A stretch of 64,000 nt of DNA from an uncultured Gemmatimonadales bacterium (GCA_963798915.1 CAWCVB010000002.1:64001-128000); one strand, 5' to 3'; shown: positions 17,983-28,280, numbered from the stretch's first letter. Program-made: numbers and translations. The notes: generated by a model from the letters alone, not told the origin.

Positions 17983-19284
17983 CTAGCCCGTGAGCCCGCT
18001 CTTCAGTGCGCGCATCATCAGATCGCTGAAGCGGTCGATCTCGTCCAACGTCGTGTAGACGTTCGGCGTCACGCGTACCCCGGAAAATTCCGGGTGGTTG
18101 ATGGGCGTGGTGACGATCTGGTGCTTGTCGTGCAGCCACCCCACGATGTCGTTGGCCTTGAGGCCGTCCACGGTGACCAGGCAGATGCCTGCGCCGTCGG
18201 GCGAATCCAGCGGGGTCAGGATCCGCACGCGCCCGCCACCCTCGGCGAGCAGCCGCTTGGCCCAGCGGTCCCGCAGGAAACGCAGCCGGGCCACCTTGCG
18301 CTCCACACCAATACCGCGATGAAACGCGAGCGCCGTCGCAATGGCGTTGTGGTTGGCGGCGGGATGCGTGCCAATCTCCTCGTATTTCCGCACGTTCTCG
18401 TCCATGGACGCCGGCGTCGCCATCAGGGGCCAGATGGACTTCTGCTTGTTCTTGCGCACATAGAGAAAGCCGGTGCCGATCGGCGCCAGCAGCCACTTAT
18501 GGAGACTGGTGCCGTAGTAATCGCAGCCGAGCTCGTCGCGCGTGAAGGGGAAGTGGGCAAACGCATGCGCGCCATCCACGAAGACCTGAATCCCCTTGGG
18601 ACGCGCCATGTCCACGATCTCGCGAATGGGCATGATCTGCCCGCTGAGATTGGTAATGTGGGTCACGCCGATGACCCTGGTTCTGGGCGTGATGGCCTGG
18701 GCAAACTGCTGGACCAGATACTCCTTTGACGGTGGCGGCAGCTTGAAGGCAATCTCCTTGACCACGATTCCATTCCGCCTCGCCCGCTGGTCCCAGGTGG
18801 TCAGCATGCGTGGGTAATTCTGGTTGGTGACGACTACTTCATCGCCCGGCTTGAGGTCAATTCCCTGGATCAGCGTTTCGAGCGACTCCGAGGCGTTGCG
18901 CGTGATGGCCATTTCCTCAGGGTCACAACCGAATTCCTCCGCCAGCCCCACGCGCACCGTCTCGATTCGTGGCTCCAGCACCCGCCACATGTGCTCGGCG
19001 GGGATCTCGTTGCAGAACCGCAAGTCACGGATCATCTGCTCGAGCACATGGGTCGGGGAGGGGCAGACACCACCGTTGTTCAGATTGACGATGCTGCGAT
19101 CGAGGTCGAAGGCCCGCTGGATACTGCTCCAGTAGGTCTCGTCATCCGCGAGGACCGCGGGCGAACGCTCGCCTGCAATGCTCCAGCTCTCGCGCAGCCG
19201 CCGGACCGCATGGGCATGGAACATTGGCACCGTCGCCGCGGCGCCGGTCATTGACGCCAGGAAAGACCGCCGGGAGGAATGCAT
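17983..19284 (-). CDS. class V PLP-dependent aminotransferase (isopenicillin-N epimerase-like) with Tat signal
   Basis: SRRSFL; NLNNGG, VDGAH, SLHKWL. Confidence 0.88.
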   Translation of the reverse strand: MHSSRRSFLASMTGAAATVPMFHAHAVRRLRESWSIAGERSPAVLADDETYWSSIQRAFDLDRSIVNLNNGGVCPSPTHVLEQMIRDLRFCNEIPAEHMWRVLEPRIETVRVGLAEEFGCDPEEMAITRNASESLETLIQGIDLKPGDEVVVTNQNYPRMLTTWDQRARRNGIVVKEIAFKLPPPSKEYLVQQFAQAITPRTRVIGVTHITNLSGQIMPIREIVDMARPKGIQVFVDGAHAFAHFPFTRDELGCDYYGTSLHKWLLAPIGTGFLYVRKNKQKSIWPLMATPASMDENVRKYEEIGTHPAANHNAIATALAFHRGIGVERKVARLRFLRDRWAKRLLAEGGGRVRILTPLDSPDGAGICLVTVDGLKANDIVGWLHDKHQIVTTPINHPEFSGVRVTPNVYTTLDEIDRFSDLMMRALKSGLTG

Positions 19285-19404
19285 GAGATGGGCTCCGGGT
19301 CCGGAGATGGGGGAGTCCACAGATTACGCAGATTCGGGGGATGGCGTAAGAGGGTCGAGGGTCAACGGTCAACGGTCGACGCCCGACGACTATATTATCC
19401 CCGC

Positions 19405-20058
19405 ATGACGACGGCATTCAAGCGCGCCACGCTTATCGGGGCAGCCCTGCTCCTCGCGCTCGCATCGTGCGACCGACGACCGTCAACCGACGACGGACGC
19501 CCCTCCGTTGCCGACGCCGCCAGCTGGACCTTCGAACCGGGAGTGGCGTTCGGGGCGGTCAATGCCAATTCGTCCGAAGAGGATGTGATCGCGGCCTACG
19601 GCGCCGCCCAGGTCCAGCCGGAGGCGGTCTCCCTCGGCGAAGGAGAATCCGAGTCCGGCGCCGTGGTGTTCCCCAACGATCCCGAGCGCCGATTCGAGAT
19701 CGCCTGGGGCGATACCCTGCAGCGCCGGGCGCCTGCCTTCGTGCTGCTCACCGGCGACTCGACCCTCTGGCACAGCAGGCGTGGCGTCACGCTGGGCCTG
19801 TCGCTGACCCGACTGGAAGGGCTCAACGGTGGGCCTTTCGGCATGGCTGGCTACGGCTGGGACTACGGCGGCTCGGTATTGTCGTGGAAGGGCGGTCGCC
19901 TGGCGGACCTGGAAGGCAGGCTGGCACTGGCCCTTGCACCATCGAGCCCGGACGCTGACGTGTCGCACGTACTTGGAGACGGCGAATTTCTTTCCTCGGA
20001 CTCCGCCTTGCGCCGCCTCAATCCCCGGGTCAACCGCCTGGTGATCCGCTTCGAGTAA
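19405..20058 (+). CDS. hypothetical lipoprotein
   Basis: Lipobox LASC; LNGGPF...GYGWDYGG. Confidence 0.7.
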   Translation: MTTAFKRATLIGAALLLALASCDRRPSTDDGRPSVADAASWTFEPGVAFGAVNANSSEEDVIAAYGAAQVQPEAVSLGEGESESGAVVFPNDPERRFEIAWGDTLQRRAPAFVLLTGDSTLWHSRRGVTLGLSLTRLEGLNGGPFGMAGYGWDYGGSVLSWKGGRLADLEGRLALALAPSSPDADVSHVLGDGEFLSSDSALRRLNPRVNRLVIRFE

Positions 20059-20534
20059 TGCCCAACCCCGGCGCCTCGCTCCTGGTTTCCTGGAAACGCC
20101 TGCGCCGCCTTCCGGGCGGCGCCTGGCTGTTCGGCAAGCTGGTAAGCAGACTGGTGCCCTATACCGGCTCCATTGCACCCCGCGTCCGCGTCCTCGAGCC
20201 GGGCCACGCCGTGGTCGCGCTCCGGGATCACCGGGCCATCCGGAATCATCTCCAGTCCATCCATGCCGTAGCGCTCATCAACCTCGGCGAATTTGCCGGC
20301 GGGTTGGCTATGCTGACCGCCCTGCCGGCCGGCCAGCGCGGGATCGTCATGTCGCTCTCGGCCGACTACACCAGAAAGGCCCGGGGAACGCTGGTAGCAG
20401 CGGCCACCGTGCCGCCCGGCACGGAGCTGACAGCGGCCGAGGATCGCGATGTGGAGGCGGTGGTGCATGACGACGCGGGTGAGGTCGTGGCCGTGGTACG
20501 GGCGCGCTGGCGCATCTCGCCGGTGGCGGAGTGA
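20058..20534 (+). CDS. hot-dog fold thioesterase (PaaI/DUF4442-like)
   Basis: PYTGSI, NHLQSIHAVAL, YTRKARG. Confidence 0.85.
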   Translation: MPNPGASLLVSWKRLRRLPGGAWLFGKLVSRLVPYTGSIAPRVRVLEPGHAVVALRDHRAIRNHLQSIHAVALINLGEFAGGLAMLTALPAGQRGIVMSLSADYTRKARGTLVAAATVPPGTELTAAEDRDVEAVVHDDAGEVVAVVRARWRISPVAE

Positions 20535-21535
20535 CCGGCCAAGCCACTGCGCTCACCCGCCATGCCGGCATCCAGCTGCCCTTGATCTGCGGGGCCATGT
20601 ATCCCTGCAGCAATCCCGAACTGGTGGCCGCCGTGAGCGAGGCCGGGGGCATCGGCATCGTGCAGCCGCTCTCGCTCACCTATGTCCACGGCTACGACTT
20701 CCGGACCGGCATTCGCTACATCCGGCAGCTGACCCAGCGCCCGGTCGGCATGAACGCGCTCATCGAGCAATCGTCCCGGCACTACCACGAGCGGATGGAA
20801 CGCTGGGTGGATATTGCCCTCGAGGAAGGCATCCGCTTCTTCGTGACGTCGCTGGGAAATCCGCGCTGGGTCGCGCAACGCGTGCATGCTGCGGGCGGTA
20901 TCGTCTACCACGATGCCACGGAGGCAAAGTGGGCGCTCAAGGCGCGGGACGCCGGCGTCGATGGCCTCATTGCCGTCAACGCCCTTGCCGGCGGCCACCC
21001 GGGTACCCGAACGCCGGAGGCGCTGCTCGCCGAGCTGACCCCGGTCGGCTTGCCGGTCGTCTGCGCCGGCGGGGTGGGCGATGCCGCGGGCTTTGCGGCG
21101 ATGATGCGCCTGGGCTATGCCGGCGTACAGATGGGAACCCGGTTCATTGCCACCACCGAATGCCGGGCGAGTGACGCCTACAAGCGTGCGATCATTGCGG
21201 CTGATGCCGATGACATCGTCCTGACTGAGCGGATCACCGGCGTGCCCGTGGCCGTAATCCGGACGCCGTTCGTCGAGCGCATGGGAACCCGCGCCGGCGT
21301 GCTGGCCCGCTGGATGCTCCGGCATCGCCGGACCAAGCGAATCATGCGTACCATTTATGCACTTCGATCCCTCTGGCAGCTCAAGCGCGCGTCGCTGGAC
21401 GAATCGGGCGAGCGTGACTACTGGCAGGCGGGACGGAGCGTCTCGGCGGTAGATTCCATCGAGCCCGCCGGCGCGATTGTGGAACGGTGTGCCTCGGCAA
21501 GGGGAGAGGGATCAGCAGTTCGGGAGCAGGGCTGA
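20531..21535 (+). CDS. nitronate monooxygenase / FMN-dependent oxidoreductase
   Basis: GAMYPCSNPELVAAVSEAGG, AGGH, CAGGV, QMGTRF. Confidence 0.9.
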   Translation: MTGQATALTRHAGIQLPLICGAMYPCSNPELVAAVSEAGGIGIVQPLSLTYVHGYDFRTGIRYIRQLTQRPVGMNALIEQSSRHYHERMERWVDIALEEGIRFFVTSLGNPRWVAQRVHAAGGIVYHDATEAKWALKARDAGVDGLIAVNALAGGHPGTRTPEALLAELTPVGLPVVCAGGVGDAAGFAAMMRLGYAGVQMGTRFIATTECRASDAYKRAIIAADADDIVLTERITGVPVAVIRTPFVERMGTRAGVLARWMLRHRRTKRIMRTIYALRSLWQLKRASLDESGERDYWQAGRSVSAVDSIEPAGAIVERCASARGEGSAVREQG

Positions 21536-21559
21536 GAGCCGAGCCTCAGCTCGTTCGCA

Positions 21560-21610
21560 CCCCAACCCCTAATCCCCAATCCCTAACCCCTAACCCTAAC
21601 CCCTAATCCC
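21560..21610. repeat. CCC(C)TAA(T) telomere-like short tandem repeat
   Basis: Eight runs of 3 or more C; five CCCTAA units directly before the next ATG. Confidence 0.9.
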
Positions 21611-21898
21611 ATGGTCACCGCCATCATCCTGTTCACCGTCTCGCGGGGCCGCGTCAACGAAGTGGCCGAGCGACTGGCGGCCATGCCCGGCGTCTCGGAA
21701 GTGTATTCCGTGGCGGGGCGTTATGACCTCGCCGCCATCGTCCGGGTCGAGCGCAACGAGGATCTGGCCGATCTGGTCACCCGCCACATGGTGGGCACCG
21801 ACGGCATCGCGGCCACGGAGACACTGATCTCCTTCCGCGCCTTCAACCGGAAGGACGTCGACGCCGGGTTTGCGCTGGGTGGTGATGCCGGGTCGTGA
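21611..21898 (+). CDS. stand-alone Lrp/AsnC ligand-binding (RAM) domain protein
   Basis: VSEVYSVAGRYDL...TETLI. Confidence 0.88.
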   Translation: MVTAIILFTVSRGRVNEVAERLAAMPGVSEVYSVAGRYDLAAIVRVERNEDLADLVTRHMVGTDGIAATETLISFRAFNRKDVDAGFALGGDAGS

Positions 21899-21905
21899 GG
21901 GCGCT

Positions 21906-22856
21906 GTGAGCAAGGTGGAAGAACGGGATCTCGGATTCGGCTCCGTCATCGCCAATGACCGGCGCCACCGTCTGCTCAATCGCGACGGCACCTTCAATGT
22001 GATGCGGCGCCGGGGTGGCTGGCGGGCCGCGGTCAATGCCTACCACCAGCTCATCACCATGAGCTGGCCCCGCTTCTTCTGCCTCTTTGCGCTGGCCTAT
22101 CTCGGCGCCAATGCCGTTTTCGCGCTGTTGTACATGGCCCTGGGCGCGGGCGCGCTCGAGGGCGGCGCGCAGCGAGCTGGCGGCTTTGCCCAGGCGTTCT
22201 TCTTCAGTATCCAGACCTTTGCCACCATCGGATATGGTGGCATCACGCCCGTGAGCATGGCCGCCAACCTGCTGGTCAGCGGCGAGTCGCTGGTGTCGCT
22301 GATCGCCGTGGCGCTGGGCACCGGCATTGTCTTTGCGCGATTCGCGCGTCCGTTTGCTCATATCCGCTTCAGCAGCTCGGCCGTGATCGCGCCGTACCGT
22401 GACCGGACGGCCTTCATGCTTCGGATCGTGAATGAACGGAACAGCGACCTGGTCGAGGTCCAGGCCAAGGTCATCTTCAGCCGGATCGAGATGCGGTCCA
22501 GCGGTATCGCCGCCAGGGAGTTCCATCAACTCGCGCTGGAACGGGACTCGGTCTCGCTCTTTCCGCTCACCTGGACCGTGGTGCACCCGATTGACGAAGC
22601 CAGCCCGCTCGCCGGCGTCACGGCAGCATCGCTCGCGGAGAGTGACGCAGAGTTCCTGGTCCTGGTCTCCGGCACGGAGGACACCTTCTCCGAGGTGGTC
22701 CACGCGCGCACATCCTATCGTGCGAACGAGGTGCGGGTTGGCTGGCGGTTCCGCAGTCTCTTCCAGTTCCCCACGGATGGAAGCAGGCTGCGGGTGGACA
22801 TCTCCCAACTTGACCAGGTCGAGCCGGTGGCCTCGCCGAAAACGGACCTGGCATGA
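21906..22856 (+). CDS. inward-rectifier K+ channel (KirBac-like)
   Basis: FFFSIQTFATIGYG selectivity filter; HPIDEASPL, ARTSY; start may be 21885. Confidence 0.9.
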   Translation: MSKVEERDLGFGSVIANDRRHRLLNRDGTFNVMRRRGGWRAAVNAYHQLITMSWPRFFCLFALAYLGANAVFALLYMALGAGALEGGAQRAGGFAQAFFFSIQTFATIGYGGITPVSMAANLLVSGESLVSLIAVALGTGIVFARFARPFAHIRFSSSAVIAPYRDRTAFMLRIVNERNSDLVEVQAKVIFSRIEMRSSGIAAREFHQLALERDSVSLFPLTWTVVHPIDEASPLAGVTAASLAESDAEFLVLVSGTEDTFSEVVHARTSYRANEVRVGWRFRSLFQFPTDGSRLRVDISQLDQVEPVASPKTDLA

Positions 22857-23497
22857 ACCGGCGGCCGCTCATCATCGGCGTGGCCGGCGGCTCCGGGTCG
22901 GGCAAGACCACGGTCGCCAGGGCCATTCATGCCGCCCTTGGGGTGGACGGCGCCTTCATCGACCAGGACGCCTACTATAAGGAACTGGGGCACCTGTCGC
23001 TCGACGAGCGGAAGCAGGTCAACTTCGACCACCCCGACTCCATTGATTTCGATCTCTTTCTGGAGCACCTGACCCGGTTGTCGGACGGTCAACCGATCGA
23101 GAAGCCGACCTACGATTTTGCGGCCCACACCCGCAGTGACCGGCGCGTCATGATCCCGCCCAGCGACGTCGTGCTGGTGGACGGAATATTGCTCTTTGTG
23201 GATTCGCGCCTCCGCCTGCTGTTCGACATCAAGGTGTTTGTGGACGTGGACGACGATGTCCGCTTCATCCGCCGCCTGCAGCGGGACCTGACCGAGCGGG
23301 GCCGAAGCCTTGACGATACAATCCGCCAGTACCTCACCACGGTTCGTCCCATGCACCTGGAATTTGTGGAGCCCTCCAAGCGCTACGCGGACGTGATCCT
23401 CCCAGAGGGCGGCTTCAACCAGATCGGGATCGAGATGGTGCTGGCGCGCGCCGAACTTGAACTGCGGCGGCGACAACATGGGCCCCCGCATGAGTGA
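22853..23497 (+). CDS. udk: uridine kinase
   Basis: [28 protein letters not shown]. Confidence 0.95.
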   Translation: MNRRPLIIGVAGGSGSGKTTVARAIHAALGVDGAFIDQDAYYKELGHLSLDERKQVNFDHPDSIDFDLFLEHLTRLSDGQPIEKPTYDFAAHTRSDRRVMIPPSDVVLVDGILLFVDSRLRLLFDIKVFVDVDDDVRFIRRLQRDLTERGRSLDDTIRQYLTTVRPMHLEFVEPSKRYADVILPEGGFNQIGIEMVLARAELELRRRQHGPPHE

Positions 23498-23867
23498 CAA
23501 GCCCAAGGAAGACATTGCCGTCCGGGCCCGCAACATGGGCATCGGGATGGTGAAGCGGCACATCTTCCTCTGCTGCGAGCAGACCAAGCCGAAGTGCTGC
23601 ACGCACGAGGAGGGACATGCGTCCTGGCAGTATCTCAAGGAGCGGCTGAGCGAGCTGCACCTCACCCACGAAGGCGGCATCTACCGCACCAAGGCCAACT
23701 GCCTTCGCATCTGCCAGCAGGGACCGATCGCGGTAGTCTGGCCCGACGGGATCTGGTACCGCGGCTGCACACCCGAGGTGCTGGAGCGCATCATCCAGGA
23801 ACACCTGATCGGTGGCCAGCCGGTCGAGGATTTTCGTATTCCCGTTGCGCCCGGAACGCTGGAATAA
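23490..23867 (+). CDS. thioredoxin-like [2Fe-2S] ferredoxin
   Basis: [27 protein letters not shown]. Confidence 0.9.
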   Translation: MSDKPKEDIAVRARNMGIGMVKRHIFLCCEQTKPKCCTHEEGHASWQYLKERLSELHLTHEGGIYRTKANCLRICQQGPIAVVWPDGIWYRGCTPEVLERIIQEHLIGGQPVEDFRIPVAPGTLE

Positions 23868-23977
23868 CCGCTCGTCCCACCGCGTGCAGGGCAGGTCCAT
23901 TCGTCCGTCTCCACCTTGAAAGCCATCGGTCGTCAGTCATCAGTCGACGACCGACGACCGACGACCATGGATACGTC

Positions 23978-24475
23978 ATGCGCGACGATCATCGCCCCAA
24001 GCAGGATCTCATCAACGAAGTTGTCGCACTCCGGAAGCAGGTCGCGGACCTGAAGGAGGCGTCCGTGGTGCGTTGGCGCATCGAGCAGGCATTGCGTCGT
24101 TCGGAAGAGAAGTATCGCGAACTTGTGGAACTGGCGCCGGGCGGGCTCTGCCGCCTCAACGCCGACGGCTCGCTGGAGCAGGCCAACCAGACGGTGAGCG
24201 ACCTCCTCGGCTGCGAGACTCAGACTGAGGCGCTGGATTTTGCCGCGAGCTTCGGGTTGTTCGAGGACGAACGGGAAGAGCACGAACTGTTTGACGCCCT
24301 GCGAAATGGGAGCGAGGTGCGCCGCTTTGCCATCAAGCTCCGCCGAGCCGGGGGCGGCGGTGTGCCGGTGTTTCTCTCCGGGCGCGCCCTGCGCAATAGC
24401 GACGGCTCGGTGGATGGATTCGTCCTGCTGATGACAGTGGATTCCGCCTGCGAGGAACCAGCCAGCCAGGGCTGA
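23978..24475 (+). CDS. stand-alone PAS domain protein with N-terminal coiled coil
   Basis: LRRSEEKYRELVE...ANQ; no output domain. Confidence 0.8.
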   Translation: MRDDHRPKQDLINEVVALRKQVADLKEASVVRWRIEQALRRSEEKYRELVELAPGGLCRLNADGSLEQANQTVSDLLGCETQTEALDFAASFGLFEDEREEHELFDALRNGSEVRRFAIKLRRAGGGGVPVFLSGRALRNSDGSVDGFVLLMTVDSACEEPASQG

Positions 24476-24526
24476 ACCCCAAGTCTTTGGAATCAACTGC
24501 AGGAGAGCTCCAGGTCTTTGGAATCG

Positions 24527-24663
24527 ACCGCGGAGACACAGAGCACACGGAGGAACTGCTGGGGAGTGATCGAGCAAGCCGCCGATGCGCATCTGGGGCG
24601 ATGGAACAGCACTCATCCTGAGACCACATCAAAACAACTCTGCGCTCTCTGTGCCTCTGCGGT
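24527..24663. repeat. family B inverted repeat pair
   Basis: ACCGCGGAGACACAGAGCACACGGAG ... CTCTGCGCTCTCTGTGCCTCTGCGGT. Confidence 0.8.
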
Positions 24664-24750
24664 TGATTTCAGGGAAGCCGAACCATCCGTCTGTGTTCAT
24701 TTGATATCCAGATGCATCTCCGGACGTCCCAGACCCTTCGGAGGTGCTGC

Positions 24751-26802
24751 ATGTTCCACCCGCGTCTTGGCGTCGCCGCCCTGGCTGGCGCGCTCGTATT
24801 CCTGCCCCTGGCTCGCGCCAATCCGCCCACCGGCGTGGTGGCCGGAACCGTTACGGATGAGGCCGGCAGGCCCATTGCCCGCGCCAGCGTTGCCATCATC
24901 GGCACGTCGCTCTCCAGCATCACCGACCCCGCTGGCCACTACGCCATTCCCGATGTGACACCCGGCATGCATGACGTCCGGGCCGCATTTGTCGGCTATC
25001 TCGCGGAGCGGAAGCAGGGCATCTCCGTCCACGCCGGCGATACCACGCGCGTGGACTTCGCGCTCGCCGCCAGCACCAGCCAGCTGTCGGACATTGCCGT
25101 CACAACGGCCGCGCCCCTCGCACCGCGTGACGAAGTGACGACCAAGCAACAGGTCAGCAGTGACTTCGTCGCCCATTTGCCAGTCGAGCGCATTGATCAG
25201 ACACCGGCGATGCAATCCGGTGTAGTGAGAGGCGGCAGGGTTCAGGAGACGTCGATCGAGACCGGAGCCGCCTCTGCGCAATATGGTAACGCCGCGAGCG
25301 GTGAGCTGGCGCTGCCTGCACGACGGGCGGCACACAACCCGCGATTCGTTACCCGCGACCGCTGGAACACCGAGGAGTACAAGCGGATCGAAGACAACCG
25401 CTTCCTGGCGGCGAGCTCCAATCCGCTTTCCACCTTTTCCATAGACGTGGACCGGGCTTCCTATAGCAACGTGCGGCGCTTCCTCTCCCAGGGCCAGCGT
25501 CCACCGGCCGACGCGGTGCGCATCGAGGAGCTGGTCAACTACTTCACGTACGACTACGCCGAGCCCGATGGGCGGGACCCGTTCACCATCGCGGCGGATG
25601 CTGCGCCCGCGCCGTGGAACCGGCGGCATCAGCTCGTTCGCATCGGCATCCAGGGAAAGCGCTACCGGAACCGGGAGATTCCGCCCAGCAACCTGGTCTT
25701 TCTGATCGACGTCTCCGGCTCGATGATGAGCCCCGACAAGCTGCCGCTGGTGAAGCAGGCATTCCATACCCTGGTGCATCACCTGGGCGAGCGGGATCGG
25801 GTCGCGATTGTGGTCTATGCCGGCCAGGCCGGCCTGGTGCTGCCGCCCACCTCGGGCGCGGACAAGCGAACCATTCTGTCCGCCATTGACCGCCTGGAAG
25901 CCGGCGGCTCCACCGCGGGCGGCGCCGGGATCCGGCTCGCGTATGACGTGGCGCGCCGCAGCTTCATGCCCGAGGGCAACAACCGCGTGATCCTCGCCAC
26001 CGATGGCGACTTCAATGTCGGCATCTCGAGTGAAGGCGAGCTGACCCGCCTGATCGAGGACCGCCGCAAGGACGGGACCTTCCTGACCGTGCTCGGCTTC
26101 GGCACTGGCAACTACAAGGACAGCCGCATGGAGCTGCTGGCCGACAAGGGCAACGGCAACTACGCCTACATCGACAACGCCCTGGAAGCGCAGAAGGTCT
26201 TCGGGAGCGAACTTACCGGCACGCTGTTCACCATTGCCAAGGACGTGAAGATCCAGGTCGAGTTCAACCCGTCGCGGGTCAAGGCGTACCGGCTGATCGG
26301 CTACGAGAACCGGCTGCTGGCCAAGGAAGACTTCAATGACGACACCAAGGATGCGGGCGAACTCGGTGCCGGGCATAGCGTCACGGCGTTATACGAAGTG
26401 GTGCCGGTGGATTCAGACGAAGACTTTGCGCTGATCACACCTGATTCGCTGCGCTACCAGCGGCCCACCTTCCCGGTCGACGGTCATCCAGACGAGTGGC
26501 TCACGGTGAAACTGCGCTACAAGACGCCCACGTCGGACCGCAGCCAGCTGCTTTCGCTCCGCCTCACCGACAACCAGCTGCACCATCGGCTGGATGGCGA
26601 ATTCGCCTTTGCTGCGTCGGTGGCAGAGTTCGGCATGCTGCTGCGCGACTCCGAGTTCAAGGGTGACGCCAACTGGAGCAACGTGCATGAGCTGGCACGT
26701 CGAGGCATGGGCGAAGATCCTGATGGGTTGCGGGCGGAATTTCTCTCACTGGTGGGCCGGGCGGCGCGGATGGGGGAACGGGAAACCACGCTACGGGATT
26801 GA
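24751..26802 (+). CDS. YfbK-like von Willebrand A domain protein with N-terminal carboxypeptidase-regulatory-like domain
   Basis: STFSIDVDRASY, LIDVSGSM (MIDAS), ATDGDFNVG, YRLIGYENR. Confidence 0.92.
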   Translation: MFHPRLGVAALAGALVFLPLARANPPTGVVAGTVTDEAGRPIARASVAIIGTSLSSITDPAGHYAIPDVTPGMHDVRAAFVGYLAERKQGISVHAGDTTRVDFALAASTSQLSDIAVTTAAPLAPRDEVTTKQQVSSDFVAHLPVERIDQTPAMQSGVVRGGRVQETSIETGAASAQYGNAASGELALPARRAAHNPRFVTRDRWNTEEYKRIEDNRFLAASSNPLSTFSIDVDRASYSNVRRFLSQGQRPPADAVRIEELVNYFTYDYAEPDGRDPFTIAADAAPAPWNRRHQLVRIGIQGKRYRNREIPPSNLVFLIDVSGSMMSPDKLPLVKQAFHTLVHHLGERDRVAIVVYAGQAGLVLPPTSGADKRTILSAIDRLEAGGSTAGGAGIRLAYDVARRSFMPEGNNRVILATDGDFNVGISSEGELTRLIEDRRKDGTFLTVLGFGTGNYKDSRMELLADKGNGNYAYIDNALEAQKVFGSELTGTLFTIAKDVKIQVEFNPSRVKAYRLIGYENRLLAKEDFNDDTKDAGELGAGHSVTALYEVVPVDSDEDFALITPDSLRYQRPTFPVDGHPDEWLTVKLRYKTPTSDRSQLLSLRLTDNQLHHRLDGEFAFAASVAEFGMLLRDSEFKGDANWSNVHELARRGMGEDPDGLRAEFLSLVGRAARMGERETTLRD

Positions 26803-26810
26803 CGCAATCG

Positions 26811-26864
26811 GGCATGCGTAGGGGCAAAGCCATGGCTTTGCCCCTACGCATGCCGTGCCCCTAT
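26811..26864. repeat. GTAG-type REP palindrome plus half-REP
   Basis: GGCATGC-GTAGGGGCAAAGCCATGGCTTTGCCCCTAC-GCATGCC then GTGCCCCTA, which contains the corA stop. Confidence 0.85.
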
Positions 26865-27991
26865 ACCCCGTCCTCGTCCCGATCATCGTCCTCGGCGCCG
26901 ATCCAGCCGCGGTGCCGGAAGTAGAGCAGCATGCCGGTGGCCGTGGCGATCATGGCTCCGCAGAATACCCACCAGGCGCCGTGCCACTGCAGACCTGGCA
27001 AGTACCGGAAGTTCATCCCGTACACGCCGGCCAGAAAGGTGAGCGGGATGAAGATACTCGCCATGATGGTCAGGACCTTCATGACTTCGTTGGTTCGCTG
27101 TCCGGTGCTGGAGAGATAGATATCCATCAGCCCTGAGGTCAGTTCGCGATAGCTCTCGACCAGGTCGGCGATCTGCGCGGCGTGATCGAGAGTGTCTCGC
27201 AGATAGACCCGTACCGCCTCGGTCACCAGCGGCGTCTCCTCGCGAATCAGCGCATTGACGGCCTCCCGCTGGGGCCACGCCGCCCGGCGAATACCGAGCA
27301 ATTCCCGCCGCATCATGTGGATGCGGCGCAGCCCGCGCGGGGTGGGCCGCGTGAGGATCGCTTCTTCCAGCTCATACAGCTGGTCGCCGATGGTCTCGAT
27401 CAGCGGATAATAGGCATCGATTACCGTGTCGATCAGCGCGTACGCCAGGTAATCGGGGCCCATGGTGCGGATCGGACCCTTGCCGACCCGAATCCGTTTC
27501 CGTACCGGATCGAAGACGTCGCCGTAGCGCTCCTGGAAGGTCAGCACGTAATTGCGGCCGATGAAGAAGCTGACCTGCTCCGCATCCACCTGCTCCTCGT
27601 CACCCACCCGGGCCATCCGGGCCACGAAGAGATGCTGGTCTTCATAGCTCTCGGACTTGGGACGCTGGGGCACGTTGACCGCGTCTTCCAGCGCCAGCGG
27701 ATGGATGTCGAAGATCTCGGCGATCTGCCGCAGCACCGCCTCATCACCCAGGCCCTGCACGTCCACCCAGGTGACACCCTTGGCGTTGGCGTAGCGGCGC
27801 AGCTCGTCGGGGCTCGCTGCATCGTGCTCCTGCAGGCCTTCGGTGGTATAGCACATCAGATGAACGACCGGCTTGGGCGCATCGGGCTCCATCATCAGGG
27901 TGCCGGGCATGGCGCCCACCGGAGGATGCCGCTTCCGGAAGGTGAAGAGCCGAGCGGCACCAGCGACGACAGGCTGACGAAGCAGATTCAC
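26861..27991 (-). CDS. corA: magnesium/cobalt transporter CorA
   Basis: HPLALED, QRPK, YGMNF signature. Confidence 0.95.
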   Translation of the reverse strand: MNLLRQPVVAGAARLFTFRKRHPPVGAMPGTLMMEPDAPKPVVHLMCYTTEGLQEHDAASPDELRRYANAKGVTWVDVQGLGDEAVLRQIAEIFDIHPLALEDAVNVPQRPKSESYEDQHLFVARMARVGDEEQVDAEQVSFFIGRNYVLTFQERYGDVFDPVRKRIRVGKGPIRTMGPDYLAYALIDTVIDAYYPLIETIGDQLYELEEAILTRPTPRGLRRIHMMRRELLGIRRAAWPQREAVNALIREETPLVTEAVRVYLRDTLDHAAQIADLVESYRELTSGLMDIYLSSTGQRTNEVMKVLTIMASIFIPLTFLAGVYGMNFRYLPGLQWHGAWWVFCGAMIATATGMLLYFRHRGWIGAEDDDRDEDGV

Positions 27992-28167
27992 TGGAGTCTC
28001 CCCCGGACGGGTCAGGCGTTCAGGCGCAGGCCGGACGCAGTGATTGCCTCGGCCCGCCCATTCATTCTATCACCCTGTTACAGTGACTGCCGTGCCTACT
28101 CGCCGGAGCCGGGTATGGGTGCTGGGGATCAGTGTGTCTTGGAGAGGATCAGTGTGCAGCGGAATCG

Positions 28168-28252
28168 AACGCGGAGCCGCAGAGGGCGCAGAGAATCCCA
28201 GAGAAGGATTGGCTGCCTCGGCGAGTCTCCGCGTCCTCTGTGCCTCTGCGGT
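28168..28252. repeat. family B inverted repeat pair
   Basis: AACGCGGAGCCGCAGAGGGCGCAGAGA ... TCTCCGCGTCCTCTGTGCCTCTGCGGT. Confidence 0.8.
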
Positions 28253-28280
28253 GGATACTGTGGATCAAGAAGCCTCAGCT

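Noticed and set aside
21560..21610. Eukaryotic telomere contamination or chimera
   Set aside because: The tract is short, degenerate, mostly 7-bp periodic and embedded in continuous bacterial gene context like the other STRs.
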